Source of the DNA: Octopus bimaculoides
Taxonomy: Eukaryota
Reading direction: 5' to 3'
Assembly (NCBI RefSeq): GCF_001194135.2
Contig: NC_068990.1
Coordinates: 77,635,597 to 77,680,208, forward strand
Length of the DNA stretch: 44,612 nt
Part shown: piece by piece, positions 1 to 12,529 of the stretch
Numbering within the stretch: the first letter of the stretch is position 1
How the letters are laid out: every line of letters begins with the position of its first letter
Notes under the pieces: generated by a model
Told to the model about the DNA's origin: nothing
Databases searched by the model: none
Seen by the model: the letters and a program-made list of their open reading frames with translations, nothing else
Position numbers and translations under genes: made by a program

Positions 1-204
1 TATATATATATGCATGTATGTATATATATATATACACGTATATAATCTACAAATACATGCGCACATACACACATAAGTTGTATGTACACATGTACCTGTG
101 TATGAAGATATATTAGTATATTCAGAGACTTGATGTACATGTGTGTGTGTGTTTGTGTGTGTGCGTGCGTGCGCGCGCGCGCGTGTGTGTTTATGTGTGT
201 GCGT

Positions 205-244
<40 letters not shown>

Positions 245-445
245 GTGTGTTTGTAAAACGGGCTATGATGAAATTTAAACTCATGAAAATCTTAGCTTGC
301 CTTATATAAATAATTTGCAAGGTTTCAATTGAATTTTCTTACTGATTGGCGCAGTATGGTGTAAGGAAACGGATAAAAAATATAAACACACACACACACA
401 CACACACATATACATGCACACACATACACACACACACGCATACAT
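1..445. repeat. Compound dinucleotide microsatellites (TA/GT/GC/CA)
   Basis: Direct reading: (TG)n runs ~143-250, (CA)n ~385-440. Confidence 0.9.
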
Positions 446-777
446 GTCATGAAAGTGTCTTATATGCATATATTATTCTACATATACATGTAATTATATT
501 CATACGTAAAAGTGTGACGCACACGGAAACACTGTGCAGTATATATGATTGCAATCAAAAACATAAACACCCACATTCATGCACAACTCTAATTTTTCCC
601 GTGGGCGTGGAAAAATGTATTTGGAAGAATTCTAGCCCAGAAGACAATAAAAAAACAAACGACGAAGAAGAGGAGGTGCGTAGTGTTTGAAGAAATTTAT
701 AGATAAATGTTTAGCTTGTTAGTAAAACAGGTGAATAGTTACATTACGTATATTACGTACCTATATAAAGAAAAGAA

Positions 778-815
<38 letters not shown>

Positions 816-824
816 CTGGGTGAT

Positions 825-1703
825 NNNNNNNNNNNNNNNNNNNNNNNNNNNNNNNNNNNNNNNNNNNNNNNNNNNNNNNNNNNNNNNNNNNNNNNNNNNN
901 NNNNNNNNNNNNNNNNNNNNNNNNNNNNNNNNNNNNNNNNNNNNNNNNNNNNNNNNNNNNNNNNNNNNNNNNNNNNNNNNNNNNNNNNNNNNNNNNNNNN
1001 NNNNNNNNNNNNNNNNNNNNNNNNNNNNNNNNNNNNNNNNNNNNNNNNNNNNNNNNNNNNNNNNNNNNNNNNNNNNNNNNNNNNNNNNNNNNNNNNNNNN
1101 NNNNNNNNNNNNNNNNNNNNNNNNNNNNNNNNNNNNNNNNNNNNNNNNNNNNNNNNNNNNNNNNNNNNNNNNNNNNNNNNNNNNNNNNNNNNNNNNNNNN
1201 NNNNNNNNNNNNNNNNNNNNNNNNNNNNNNNNNNNNNNNNNNNNNNNNNNNNNNNNNNNNNNNNNNNNNNNNNNNNNNNNNNNNNNNNNNNNNNNNNNNN
1301 NNNNNNNNNNNNNNNNNNNNNNNNNNNNNNNNNNNNNNNNNNNNNNNNNNNNNNNNNNNNNNNNNNNNNNNNNNNNNNNNNNNNNNNNNNNNNNNNNNNN
1401 NNNNNNNNNNNNNNNNNNNNNNNNNNNNNNNNNNNNNNNNNNNNNNNNNNNNNNNNNNNNNNNNNNNNNNNNNNNNNNNNNNNNNNNNNNNNNNNNNNNN
1501 NNNNNNNNNNNNNNNNNNNNNNNNNNNNNNNNNNNNNNNNNNNNNNNNNNNNNNNNNNNNNNNNNNNNNNNNNNNNNNNNNNNNNNNNNNNNNNNNNNNN
1601 NNNNNNNNNNNNNNNNNNNNNNNNNNNNNNNNNNNNNNNNNNNNNNNNNNNNNNNNNNNNNNNNNNNNNNNNNNNNNNNNNNNNNNNNNNNNNNNNNNNN
1701 NNN
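825..1703. other. Assembly gap (N run)
   Basis: 879 N, with (TA)n just before and (TG)n after. Confidence 0.99.
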
Positions 1704-1768
<65 letters not shown>

Positions 1769-1794
1769 GTTTCTCACGGGCACAAAGCCTCAGA

Positions 1795-1910
1795 TCTAGG
1801 GCAATAGCATTGTCGATTTCATCGATTTCCATACTTGACTGATTTTTAATATTGTCGATACTCGGAATGATGAAAACCAAATTGTGTCTCAGCGGAATTT
1901 GAACTAAGTG
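1795..1910 (-). mobile_element. Highly degenerate family-A SINE fragment
   Basis: Remnant of the reverse-complement core (GTCGAT...GATGAAA...GCGGAATTTGAACT). Confidence 0.45.
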
Positions 1911-2013
1911 ACTTTAATGCGACATCGTTAAAATATTTAGACTAAGGCTATGTTGATTCTGTACACGTACCGTCTCTTCGAGTTCAATTAATATTGATTT
2001 TTGTTATAACCAC

Positions 2014-2760
2014 AGGGGTGTGTGACAAGAAGTTTGCTTCTCCATTTCGGTTTCAATCCCGCTGCGTGTTTCCTTCGGTAAGTGTGTTGTGTTTTAGCTC
2101 CGGGTTGACCAAAGCCTTGTGAGGAGATACAGGTGGAGTTGTTTAACGGAAATTGCGTGGAAGCCTGTCATTATATATATTTATAAAGAGAGAAAGAGGG
2201 AGAGAGAGAGGGAGAGAGAGAGAGAGAGAGAGTGAATGTGATAGATGTATGTGCGTGTATTTCTGTTTCTTATTTCTTTATTGCCCACAAGGGGCTAAAC
2301 ATAGACGGGACAAACAAGGACAGACAAAGGGATTAAGTCGATTACATCGACCCAGTGCGTAATGGTACTTAATTTATCGATCCCGAATGGATGAAAGAAA
2401 GGCAAAGTCGACCTCGGCGGAATTTGAAATCAGAACGTAACGGCAGACGAAAGACCGCTAAGCATTTCGCCCGGCGTGCTAACGTTTCTGCCAGCTCCCC
2501 GCCTTAAAAATTNNNNNNNNNNNNNNNNNNNNNNNNNNNNNNNNNNNNNNNNNNNNGTCTACCCCACCACCACCACCACCACCACCGCTGATCGGTGTTG
2601 GTTTGTTTTCGTCTCCGAAATTTAGTGGTTCGGCAAAAGGTTAGTACCTGACTTATGAAACAGCATAAGTACTGGGGGCGATTTGTTCGACTAAAACCCT
2701 TCGAGGCAGTACCCCCAGTATGGCTGCAATCGAATAACTGAAACAAATACAAGAAAAAAG
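2014..2760 (+). mobile_element. Degenerate family-B (CORE-like, internal-microsatellite) tRNA SINE, interrupted by a family-A copy and a gap
   Basis: Head 2014-2170 (GACCAAAGCCTTGTGAG, GGAAATTG..GGAAGCCTGTC); tail 2557-2760 (GGTTCGGCAAAAG...GATTTGTTCGACTAAA...CCAGTATGGCTGCA), matching the intact copies at 36234 and 39562. Confidence 0.75.
2266..2503 (-). mobile_element. Full-length family-A tRNA-derived SINE
   Basis: Reverse complement reads GGCGGGGAGCTGGCAGAAACGTTAGCACGCCGGGCGAAATGCTTAGC...TTTCAAATTCCGCCGAGGTCGACTTTGCC...AATAAAGAAATAAGAAAC, matching copies at 22243, 27066 and 36832. Confidence 0.92.
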
Positions 2761-2789
2761 ACATAGCAGTAGATTTTTTTAATTTATGA

Positions 2790-3372
2790 TGGATGAAAGA
2801 CCAAATCAACCCTGATAAGAACTGAACTTAGTGGTGTAAAGGCATCTAACTCTTCTCAACACTGCAGGCATTTATTGTTCGCCAACTCTGTCGATTCCGC
2901 CGCTCCAGCACTTCCATTGGAATTTATAAAATAATTTCGAGCAGAAACAGAAGGACAGTAAATTTGGGAAGGAAACAGTCGATGATATTCATCCTAGTAC
3001 TTTGGAAGCACTTATTTTACTGACTTTGGGAGGTTGAAAGGCGAAATTGACCACGGTGAGATTTGAACCCGGATCATAATGGATCGAAACATATACCACA
3101 TAGCATGGTATTTTGTCTGATGTTCTAAGATTCTGCAAATTCATTATTCTTGGAATCTATATAATCCTTTCTACTACAGACACAACGCCTGGAATTTTGG
3201 GGTTGAGAGGGTATAGTCGGTTACAATACTCAGCTAATACTCATTCCATCGATTCGAAAGTAGAAATGCTAAGTCGACATGGATGGAATTTGAACTCAGA
3301 ACGTAAAAGCAGACGAAATGTCGCTGAGCATTTTGTCTGGCGTGCTAATGATTCTGCCATCTCATTGCCTTC
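2790..3372 (-). mobile_element. Cluster of about three old family-A SINE copies
   Basis: Recurring GATTTGAACCC/GAATTTGAACTCAGAACGTAAA and GATTCTGCCA motifs, all in the same orientation. Confidence 0.65.
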
Positions 3373-3777
3373 TTGGTATCTATATAGTACGACGCTGCAA
3401 CATTAATAGCTTCGTATTTAACATGCGAAAGTATTAGTCTACCTCACAGATGAACATCCGTGACACGGATTATTAATTCACAACCGATTACTCCAAGTAT
3501 ATATATAAATATATTTGTACTAAGCCTAGTTAGTTTGAGCGAAAGTTTATTATTATACATCGGCCATGATTTACTTTCATTTCAGAAACAAATTAAAAAT
3601 GAAGCAAAAACAAGAACAAAACAATGACATTACTGTTCATGAGATTTTATTTCCATAGGCATATTGCTATGATTAATCAAAGATTAATATTTATCAATAA
3701 TTCTTCCACAGCTGCAGCTAGCAATGAAAGCCAAAAGTCGAAATGTTAACCTTTATCTTCTAGACATGTCTACTGAG

Positions 3778-3780
3778 ATG

Positions 3781-3821
<41 letters not shown>

Positions 3822-3846
3822 TATAATAACAACAACAACAACAACA
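3778..3846. repeat. (AAT)n(AAC)n microsatellite
   Basis: Direct reading; abuts the LINE fragment. Confidence 0.95.
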
Positions 3847-3847
3847 C

Positions 3848-4795
3848 TTATAGCTTCAATGTGTTGGACTAGAATATCAGTGAATTAATGAAAATTGATT
3901 GAAAAATTCGTTAAGATGCACCACTCAAAGGCAGACATGGAACGTCTTTACCTTCTCAGAGTCCAGGGAGATCGAGGTTTGATCTAGTTTGAACTTTCTT
4001 AGAATACCACAATTGGAGTGGCCAAATACCTCGGAACATCTAACAACTAGTTGAAAGTCACGAGAGACGTAAGAAGCTTCATTCTGTTTTGAAGGAGAGC
4101 AAAATATTTGCTATTGATTTCATGAATGAATACCCAAGCCGAACAGCCTGAGGGAAGTGTGAAAGCTGTTGTTGCAAAGAAGGTAAAATTAATAGCGAGG
4201 AAAAAATTAGGTGAGAACAGAAACCTCTGCATGGAAAATATGTGGCCCGTAGCAAACATGCTGGTGTTGACCAGAAGCACACACATCAGTGGTTGCGAAG
4301 CTCATGGATAAAAGCAGATAATGAAGGCTTCATCTTAGCTGCTCAAGATCAAAGATTATTAAACTGGAGCTATCAAGCCAATAAGGTGAAAAATGGTGTA
4401 GATGCAAAGTGCCGATTCAACAATGATGAGATTGAAACAGTAGACACTAAACCTCTGAATGTGAAGCTTTAGCACCCGTGGAGTATAAACCAAGACATGA
4501 CAAAGTTGGCCAATATCTACACAGGTCAATATGTTGGCATTATAAAATCAAAACTGTTGACAAGTGCTATAAGTATCACTCTGAGGGGGAAAATTGAACT
4601 ATTTTGGGGACTTTCCAGGACATACAGAGAGAACCATCAAAGCTTATAAACCAGATATTGTTGTAAAAGACCAAAATAATAAAGTCTGTTAACATGAGTA
4701 TCCCTTATGATCATAATATTCCGGCAAAAGGATTTGACAAGCTCAGAAAATATAAAGATTTGTTCATTTAAATATAAAAGAAAATGTAGCATTTC
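3848..4795 (+). mobile_element. Decayed R4/Dong-like RLE non-LTR retrotransposon (RT thumb, Zn-knuckle region, RLE endonuclease)
   Basis: Translation across stops and frameshifts: MHHSKADMERLYLLRVQGDRGL; KPLHGKY...WLRSSWIKADNEGFILAAQDQ...KCRF...RHDKVGQYLH; KPDIVVKD; KLRKYKDL. These are R4/Dong-type motifs, recognised by eye. Confidence 0.85.
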
Positions 4796-4796
4796 A

Positions 4797-4962
4797 AGTC
4801 TATTACATTGAGCCCAGTGTTCAACTAGTACTTATTTTATCGACCCCGAAAGGATAAGAGGCAAAGTTCATTTTGTTGGAATTTGAATTCAGAACGAAAA
4901 GACGAGCGAAATGCCGCTAAGTAGTTTGCCCTGTGTGCTAAAGATTCTGCCAGCTCGCCGCC
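4797..4962 (-). mobile_element. Family-A SINE
   Basis: TCGACCCCGAAAGGAT...GAATTTGAATTCAGAACG...GATTCTGCCAGCTCGCCGCCTT. Confidence 0.85.
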
Positions 4963-5616
4963 TTAATAATAATGATGATGATGTTTTCTCTGTTAGCCAT
5001 AATGATTCAAAGAGATACAATAAAATTCAAAGAACATTGAATAGGTTCCTTACAAAGACGTGTGTGGTGGAGGTATATATGTGTTATACAAAGATGAGGA
5101 AGTGAAGAGTAATGTTCAATATATAAACGGACAAATCAAAAATTATATAAAAGTATTCACATAAATATTTACTAAGAACAAATAAAAAAAAGTATAAAGG
5201 AACACACAATAATCGAAGTAAAATATCTATAGAAATTATCCCCCTTTGTATTTACGGCTATCCAGAGGGTGCTACGCATGTATAGGAAGTTTAAAATCGC
5301 CTTAAGTCAATCGGAAAACCCCAATTCCTGATTACATACCTCCTCTTCTAATTTGCTGTATTGTTCATCGCTGGTGATTCCAGAATCTTCTGTGAGGAGC
5401 TAATGTGTTACAGTGAGCAACGGAAAGCCTACATCATGTGAAAAGTTTAGAAATAACACTTGGTATTGTCTAAGTTGCTGGATGTTAATTTTAAGTATTT
5501 TCGCTTCGGCATCTTCTATAGGGGACAATTCGAGGATACGATTGTATAAACATATAGTAGTAGCTCGGGAACAAGTGTGTCACATTCAAATTGGGTTTGC
5601 ACTTCCTCTTTTTTAG

Positions 5617-5750
5617 ATATAAGCACATCCAGTGCTATATGCTCTTCCTCCCCCCAACGAATCAGATTTCTCTTAAAATACTTGTCAAGGCTGTTTCCAA
5701 GATTTCCTTCAATGGAACAAGGAAAACATCCGCTGCCTTGTGAAAGCAAG
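5617..5750 (+). other. Candidate isolated exon (unsupported by homology)
   Basis: Acceptor CCTCTTTTTTAG| and consensus donor AAG|GTAAGT. One open frame: ISTSS...SMEQGKHPLPCESK. No partner exon found. Confidence 0.22.
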
Positions 5751-6194
5751 GTAAGTTATGCTCTTTCTCTCATGTGCCTCTGTGATGGATTGCAGTAGAC
5801 TTGTGTACAAAATGTAGTCGTTCTTTTGTTCTTTCAGCAAAACGTTCTCTGTTAAGGTAATTTTTCTTTTTGGAAAGAACATTTTGTATTTCGTTTGTCA
5901 TATTTACATTTGACATATGTATACTATTGTTATTTTTGACATCTTTATTTGATATCTTTAAACTCGATGTTAAAACGTGTTTCCCTTTTGTTCGTGATCA
6001 TTATCAATAATTTGAGTTGCAATTAAAATAGTTTTCTTTTCGGAAGTGAGGTGTGAAATAGCTGTATCCAATTATTGTATGCAGATGAAGCAGATGGGAA
6101 AAAAAGAACTATATTCAAAAAGCTACTTTATTTCCTCGCTTTCTCATCTACAGTGAATAATAATTACAACTGTTTCAATTTAGAAACAGAGTTG

Positions 6195-6440
6195 AAATTT
6201 GAAAGGAAGACGTTAGTCGACTGAACCGATTAAAGCACAAACTACTGATTATAATAACTATCCGTCTGTTACATTTTATCAATAGTGAACCGCAAAATTG
6301 ACATCGGCGGGTTTTAACTCAGAGAGTAAAGAGCCGGAACAGATATCACAAGGAATTTTCACAGCCTTGCTAATCCACCACTCTCAATAATTGTTTCTAA
6401 CATACAAGGCCACAAACTTATGGGAGACAGGTTAGTCGAT
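6195..6440 (-). mobile_element. Degenerate family-A SINE remnants
   Basis: GAAATTTGAAAGG...TTAGTCGA, ATTGACATCGGCGGGTTTTAACTCAGA. Confidence 0.5.
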
Positions 6441-7145
6441 GAAATTGACTAACTTCTGGTCACAAATTTATAGATTTTTCTATAGAAAAAAATATTGTGA
6501 AATAGATTGTTGCACACCAACGACCTCACTTGACCTTGGTTAAGAGCAGAGTCCTGATTCAGTAGCAAAATACTACGAGACAAATTTGGTCTGATGCTGA
6601 ACTAGATAACTCTTGTTATATATGCCCGGCCGTTAAGAGAAGTGAAATGATGTAGGGCCAAGTATTGTTGTCAGAAACAAGATGAAACAATCTTGCAGCG
6701 CATTTGAACTCGAGATTCAAATGAGCTCAGTATTTTATCTACTTGGCTTCCCGGAAAATTTTATGCATGTCACTCAATCTCATCTCTGTATATGTATTCA
6801 TTTTAGTGTGCCTTACATACTGATATACTTGCGTCCAGTTTAGGTTATTATTTGTGTAATATAATTCCATTTTTTCCCTCATTTTTTGTCTTTCTTAGAG
6901 AATCTATTGTCTTCTCTAATCAATGTTTTCCCATCATATTTAAAATTACTTTTGGCATTGTTTGTCAAAAGCAATTACATCTTAGCTTGGAACACACTTC
7001 AACGCAATCACTTCGAGCGAATATCTTATTCAAATATTTTCTTTATAAACTGTTTCATGACCTTACTATTGCTCAAGGGATTACCAATCACTGGATTAAA
7101 GCTCTAAAGCTTGAGTAATTTATCTCATTCTATTACATCTACGTA

Positions 7146-7193
<48 letters not shown>

Positions 7194-7509
7194 NNNNNNN
7201 NNNCTTTTCATGACACAAAATTGAACTTACACAGTCGTATGGAAAAAAAATGTTTGAAATAATAACTTGTTGCTCGAAAAATAAAGTTCTTTCATAAGAA
7301 TAGCTTTGAATGTTAGTAAAATATGATTTGTACAAAAGATGGATGACGGTGCATGATGTTTTAGAGGAATTGATTTTGATAATTACCTATGGTTCAGTTA
7401 GTCCAACACAAAAACTAGAATGAACAGTGTTTGTGGAGTGGCCGTATCTTGCTTGGGTTTTCTTTGATTTGATTTTACAAAATTACTTTTGCCTCCAAGA
7501 CAACGAAAG

Positions 7510-9850
7510 AACCTCTAAGTGATCGACCAACCTGTTAGAAATAGCAGTAAAATTTCCTCTCAAACCCCATTATCACCACCACGGCTTTACAAAATAGAAA
7601 ACAAATAGACAGAAATTATAGGGTATTATAGTCCTCAGTGCAGTATAGCTAATAAAAAATGACTGATGTTCCTCTAGAATGGTTATGATCATATGTTTGC
7701 TCAACCAAAACTAACCTGAGATTTAAAAAAAAATCAAACACAACTACTAGTGTTATTACTATTAGGAAGATCTGTTACCAGTCTTGCTTAGATAACCTCT
7801 TCATAAACGACATCTTGTATTGTATACGAGGCATCCTGGAACACATCCAGATTTCATAATTGTTCTAAGGGCTTCATAGGAGTTAAATAGTTTGAAGACA
7901 GATCCAATTTCTAGGTAGGAAAGTCGGTTTGTTGCTTTTGGCATTCATTGGAGGATATTGTTGTTGTTTAGAACTAAGTCAGCCCTAATTGAACAGGCTG
8001 AAATCTATGGCGTTCAAAACGATTCCATCTTTACTGCTTAAGTTTGTAACGTGGCAGTGGGGTAATGTAGAAGAAAACTTAACAAAAGGTTTGTTGTATC
8101 AACGTAAATGGAAGCCGAAAGTAATGTGAATAGCAAAGTGTCTTTCTTATTTCAAAATAACAAACTTTATTTTGATGGATAATTAGCTGTTAGTTCTAGC
8201 AAGTCCCGTGACCGCCTAGACGTTCTTCGTTAGTTCTAGATAGGAAACTGTGTACAGCTTCATCGAATCCCTTCCAGTTCAAGCTATATTTAAAGGATGA
8301 GTTGAAACTCTAATCAGTTATGTCGTGCCACCATGCGGGCGTTTGACCAAGTAGAAATACCAGTAAGAAATGACCCTCAAATTATGCTCTCCTGTCTTAA
8401 AAAAAAGCGGGGACACATGATATAATGTAGCCCTCGACGACTCCGTAAATGGACGGGATATTATGGAAAGAATAAGTCTGATCGATCAGAGCTTATTTGG
8501 TGCTAAGCAACGCTAAATACCAACGATTAAGTGGGTCTATTTGTAATATTGCTGTTGTTGTTGCAGTTGTTTTTATTTCTATTTACAATTATATCGAATT
8601 CATAATTAGCTGGTTTAGTATATTAAGCATTTTGAAGTCATAGGACAACGTGGGTGGCGTAAATGAATGAACACTTCTATCATTTCAGTTTACCTTCCTA
8701 AATGATATGATGGTCGAGAATGAAGGGTAACGTTATGTTTTCTAAGGAACGGGGAAGCCCCCATGTATTCACTCTACACGCAAGAAAGAGCAACCAAATC
8801 TCCCTCAAATAAAATTAAATCTACACAACCGTCTTCAAACGAAAAGGAAGAAGGACATATTAGATAAGGTGACCAGGGATTGGGGCCGTGTTAATACACA
8901 TAGAAGCTCTAAGCACTTAAAAGATAACCACCACCACTCCATATATATGTAATTCAAAATATAAGCAATAATAAACAGCAAAATAAATTCTATTTCAAAA
9001 TGAAGCAAAACTAAGAATAAGATGTAAATGTATATTTCCAATTTATTTATATTTGAAAAGTTTTCTCTGCTTATTTAAATTGCAAAGTCTTTGATCAGAT
9101 CCTCAATATGACACCATGAATACTTCGAAATGGTATTTCCGATCATATAAACCACTTCGAATATTATTTTAGTAAGTTTAAAGTGATTTCTCTTGTGCCG
9201 TAAACCATTTACCTTCTCTGAGGTGTGTGCCCCCCACCACCCACACACACATTTCACGTGCTTTTTTACTTAATGTTTAATCCAGCTCTGTCAGGGATCC
9301 ATATAGTATGCCGAGGAAATAAGCACAAAATGGTCAGAGATGAAACGCCTTTCACAACAGATCTGCCCAATCAGTGCTGGTCTGGAGTTAATCAAAGACA
9401 GCAGTAACAACAGCATCTACAGGTTTAGTTTGTATTCAATGGAAACAGCAACTACATCTTCAAATCGGAAAAAAAGATGGACACGTTGAATAATATAGTC
9501 CCACGTACACAATGCCAAGCTAATGTGGTTCACTATAGGTTTTGCGTGATCAGTGCTGACGTGGGACTAAGCAGCAACAACAACAGTAGCAACAACAACA
9601 ACACAAAATAACCGTCTCTGTAATTGACACAACAACAATAAGAACTTTAAAATGGTCGTTTTATCTGATAGAAACAGCAACCGAATTCCATTCAATTAAC
9701 TCCTCACCATTTTAGGAAAATGGACGCTATTTCTTCGATAATGTAGTCCTGAAATAGTTTCTGAAAAATAATGTGAATGGTCACTGTTAGAATGCCTTCC
9801 ATCATAGCCTCTGCTCTGATCAGAGATGACCTAAGTCTAAACAGCAACAG
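7510..9850 (+). mobile_element. Cluster of about five ancient, diverged copies of one short repeat ending in (CAA)n
   Basis: Motif GAAA(T/C)AGCA..AAAT.TCC.TCAA...AAAAAAG..GGACA...ATAAT.TAGTCC recurs at ~7540, 8350, 8790, 9445 and 9670, and again at ~39125. Confidence 0.5.
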
Positions 9851-9854
9851 CAAC

Positions 9855-9968
9855 CGCAGCAGCAGTAGCAGCTACAACAACAACAACAACAACGGTAGCT
9901 GCAACAGCAGTAGCAGTAGCAGCACAGACAAAACAACAAAATTAGCATAACCAACAACAGAACAAGGC

Positions 9969-10005
<37 letters not shown>

Positions 10006-10062
10006 GTGGTGGTGGAGAAAGGAAGGGGAGCAAGTGTAATAACAATAACAGCAACAACAATA
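9855..10062. repeat. Compound triplet repeat (CAG/CAA/GGC/GGT)
   Basis: Direct reading; pure (GGC)n near 9971-10001. Confidence 0.9.
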
Positions 10063-10344
10063 ATCTTAGAATAAATGTTTATCTCAGTTTGTCTCGCTTC
10101 ATTCAGCTTGAACAGAAAAATATGTTTAACAACAACAAACACACACTGACAACTAAATCATTCACATCTCGTTAACTTCTTCAGTCAAACGTAACGATCT
10201 CAACAAACTTCATACGTGTCTTTAAATTAAGTTTGTCACATACTTGTAAAACCTCATCACTTCTTCCGTCGCCAGCCCCACCTCTGCCTTTAATTATCGT
10301 CTGATTAAAAAAAAAAAAAAAAATTTGGAAACATTTATGTGTAT

Positions 10345-10448
10345 ACATACATGCATACAGATATACATACATACACACACATACATACACACATACATAC
10401 GTATATATATATACATATATATGCATATATATATATACATATATATGC

Positions 10449-10483
<35 letters not shown>

Positions 10484-10493
10484 NNNNNNNNNN

Positions 10494-10545
<52 letters not shown>

Positions 10546-10665
10546 TACATATATGTATTTGTACATACATACATATGTATTCATATGCATACATATATGT
10601 AAATAAATAAATATGTGTATCTATATGCATATGTGTGTGTGTGTGTGTGTGTGAGTGTGTGTGTA
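10345..10665. repeat. Compound TA/CA/CT/TG microsatellites around a 10-N gap
   Basis: Direct reading. Confidence 0.9.
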
Positions 10666-10789
10666 GGTATGAATATTTACTTTTCACTGCTTGTCTTTCA
10701 ACTTTGTTACTTATGTTTAGTTCGTCCCCAGCACTAAATTTTCCTCTATGGAGTTAAACAAATACTTTCAACCCGTCCCAACACACATC

Positions 10790-11170
10790 AACTCCTAATA
10801 CTTTCTGCTGATTCTTTAGTCTACAAAGTTCAAGTGAGTTCTACAGTGGAATACCAATGCGCAAACATCAAAAACAAAAAAGATCCTATACCGCAACCAA
10901 AAGAACGGTATTTGGTTGATAGGTGACGGCTCACCCATGACTCACGCACTCGAGTTTCTAGCTCAGCAATGTGCTATGTCATCACTAAATTTTCTACTGT
11001 TATTTCAACATTTTTCTGATCCTCGGTAGAAGCTGGTTGCATCCAACCCACTTACCAAGATCCGGCCGAAATAACAGACTCTCTTCGTCTCTCAAACCAT
11101 TCTGTATATCGTCTCGTAAATGAAATTCTCCTACGCTCGTCTCCCATGGAAGCCATCTCCAAATCCGATA
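10790..11170 (+). mobile_element. Very old LINE remnant (L2/CR1/Jockey-group-like RT C-terminus)
   Basis: VYKVQVSSTVEY resembles the LYKAQVRP.MEY motif; it is followed by ..WLIGD.. Confidence 0.4.
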
Positions 11171-11328
11171 TTTATTCTATTGATCTCTTTTGCAGAACCG
11201 TTAAGTTACGAGGACGAAAACGAAGCAACATCGGTTGTTAAGCGAACAAACACAAACACACACACACGCACGCTAACACACATACACACACATGCACACA
11301 CACATACCCACATATACATGACAGGCCT

Positions 11329-11462
11329 TTTTCAGTTTCCGTCTTTTAAATCTACTCAGAAGTATTTGATCGGCCCGCGGCTATAGTAGAAGACACATGC
11401 CCAAGGTGCCTCGCAGTGGGACTGAACCCGGAACCATGTGACTGGAAAGCCACGCTTGCGCC
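11329..11462 (-). mobile_element. Family-B SINE 5' half
   Basis: GCTATAGTAGAAGACAC..CCCAAGGTGCC..GCAGTGGGACTGAACCCGGAACCATG is the reverse complement of the family-B head. Confidence 0.9.
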
Positions 11463-12049
11463 CGTAGAAAGACAATTCAACTTTTCTCTGTCATTATGTC
11501 TGGAAGATAAGAGACCATGTAATTTCAAATCTAGAATAACGTGTTTGCATCAAACCCGTACTCAATAGTGTCCCAAAAATGAAGTTTATATCTATCGGAA
11601 AAATATCACATTCTAACACAACCACGAAAATTATCGAAGATTCTGTTATTCTTCCGCCAAAAGACGAATATTTTATGATTATTCAAGATCCGTACAAATA
11701 ATCTTAAGTTTAAACAGGATAACTTCTATTGTAATGGCTTCAGAGAAAATATTTCTATTTGAAAATTGTTATTGAACAGCAGCCTCCCTCCCTTCTGTTG
11801 TGATCTCCTTCTGAATGCATTATCTACTGAATACTCTCGTTAGGATATGGTGCAGTCAGTCACCTGACTGCTGTCGAAAAATGAAAACCAATCTGAACGA
11901 AGTTTTACTTTGGGAAATATTAAATTCCTTCATTCGTTTATCTATCTCCTGAACGATCGAATGTATTGAGAAACTCTGAGTAAGGACAGAATAAATCAAC
12001 AGCATCTTCCGAATAAATAATCTCTACTTACTATATGTATTGAATAACA

Positions 12050-12133
12050 TTTCTCGAAATGTATACACACATACGCGCATGCAAACACACACAGACACAC
12101 ACGCACACACACACACACACACANNNNNNNNNN

Positions 12134-12200
<67 letters not shown>

Positions 12201-12240
12201 ACATACACCACACATACACACACTACACATGCGCATATAT
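12050..12240. repeat. (CA)n microsatellite with a 10-N gap
   Basis: Direct reading. Confidence 0.92.
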
Positions 12241-12529
12241 AATCCGTATCTCTCTCGTTCATCCTATACGTCTCTCAGTCACTGTCTTTTCTTTTTCTAT
12301 ATTCCTCTTTATATGTATTTATCTATGTATCCATCTCCATCATTAACCTGCGATTGAAATTAGCATCTTTGCAACACAAGCAGCCATGCCATGAGTTATA
12401 CGGCAGAGAATGTCCCCATGTGGACTTGGGCGGAAAATGGCTGCTTTGATGACTATCGATTTCGATGGCCATTTGCGGCACTATTGTCTCATTGTCGCGT
12501 TTTAAAATATTTCAGACCATATAAACTAT

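Noticed and set aside
346-690. 114-aa ORF and possible exon ending GAG|GTGCGT at 676
   Set aside because: Largely (CA)n-derived, with no polypyrimidine acceptor.
753-1880. Long ORFs of 300-500 aa here and at 19.3, 20.0, 34.8-36.4 and 42.9 kb
   Set aside because: They are open only because N codons (X) contain no stops; the flanks are microsatellite translations.
2070-2085. Consensus donor CG|GTAAGT
   Set aside because: It lies inside a degenerate SINE head.
11180-11260. Strong acceptor TCTCTTTTGCAG|
   Set aside because: No donor follows; it is probably the tail of the adjacent LINE remnant.
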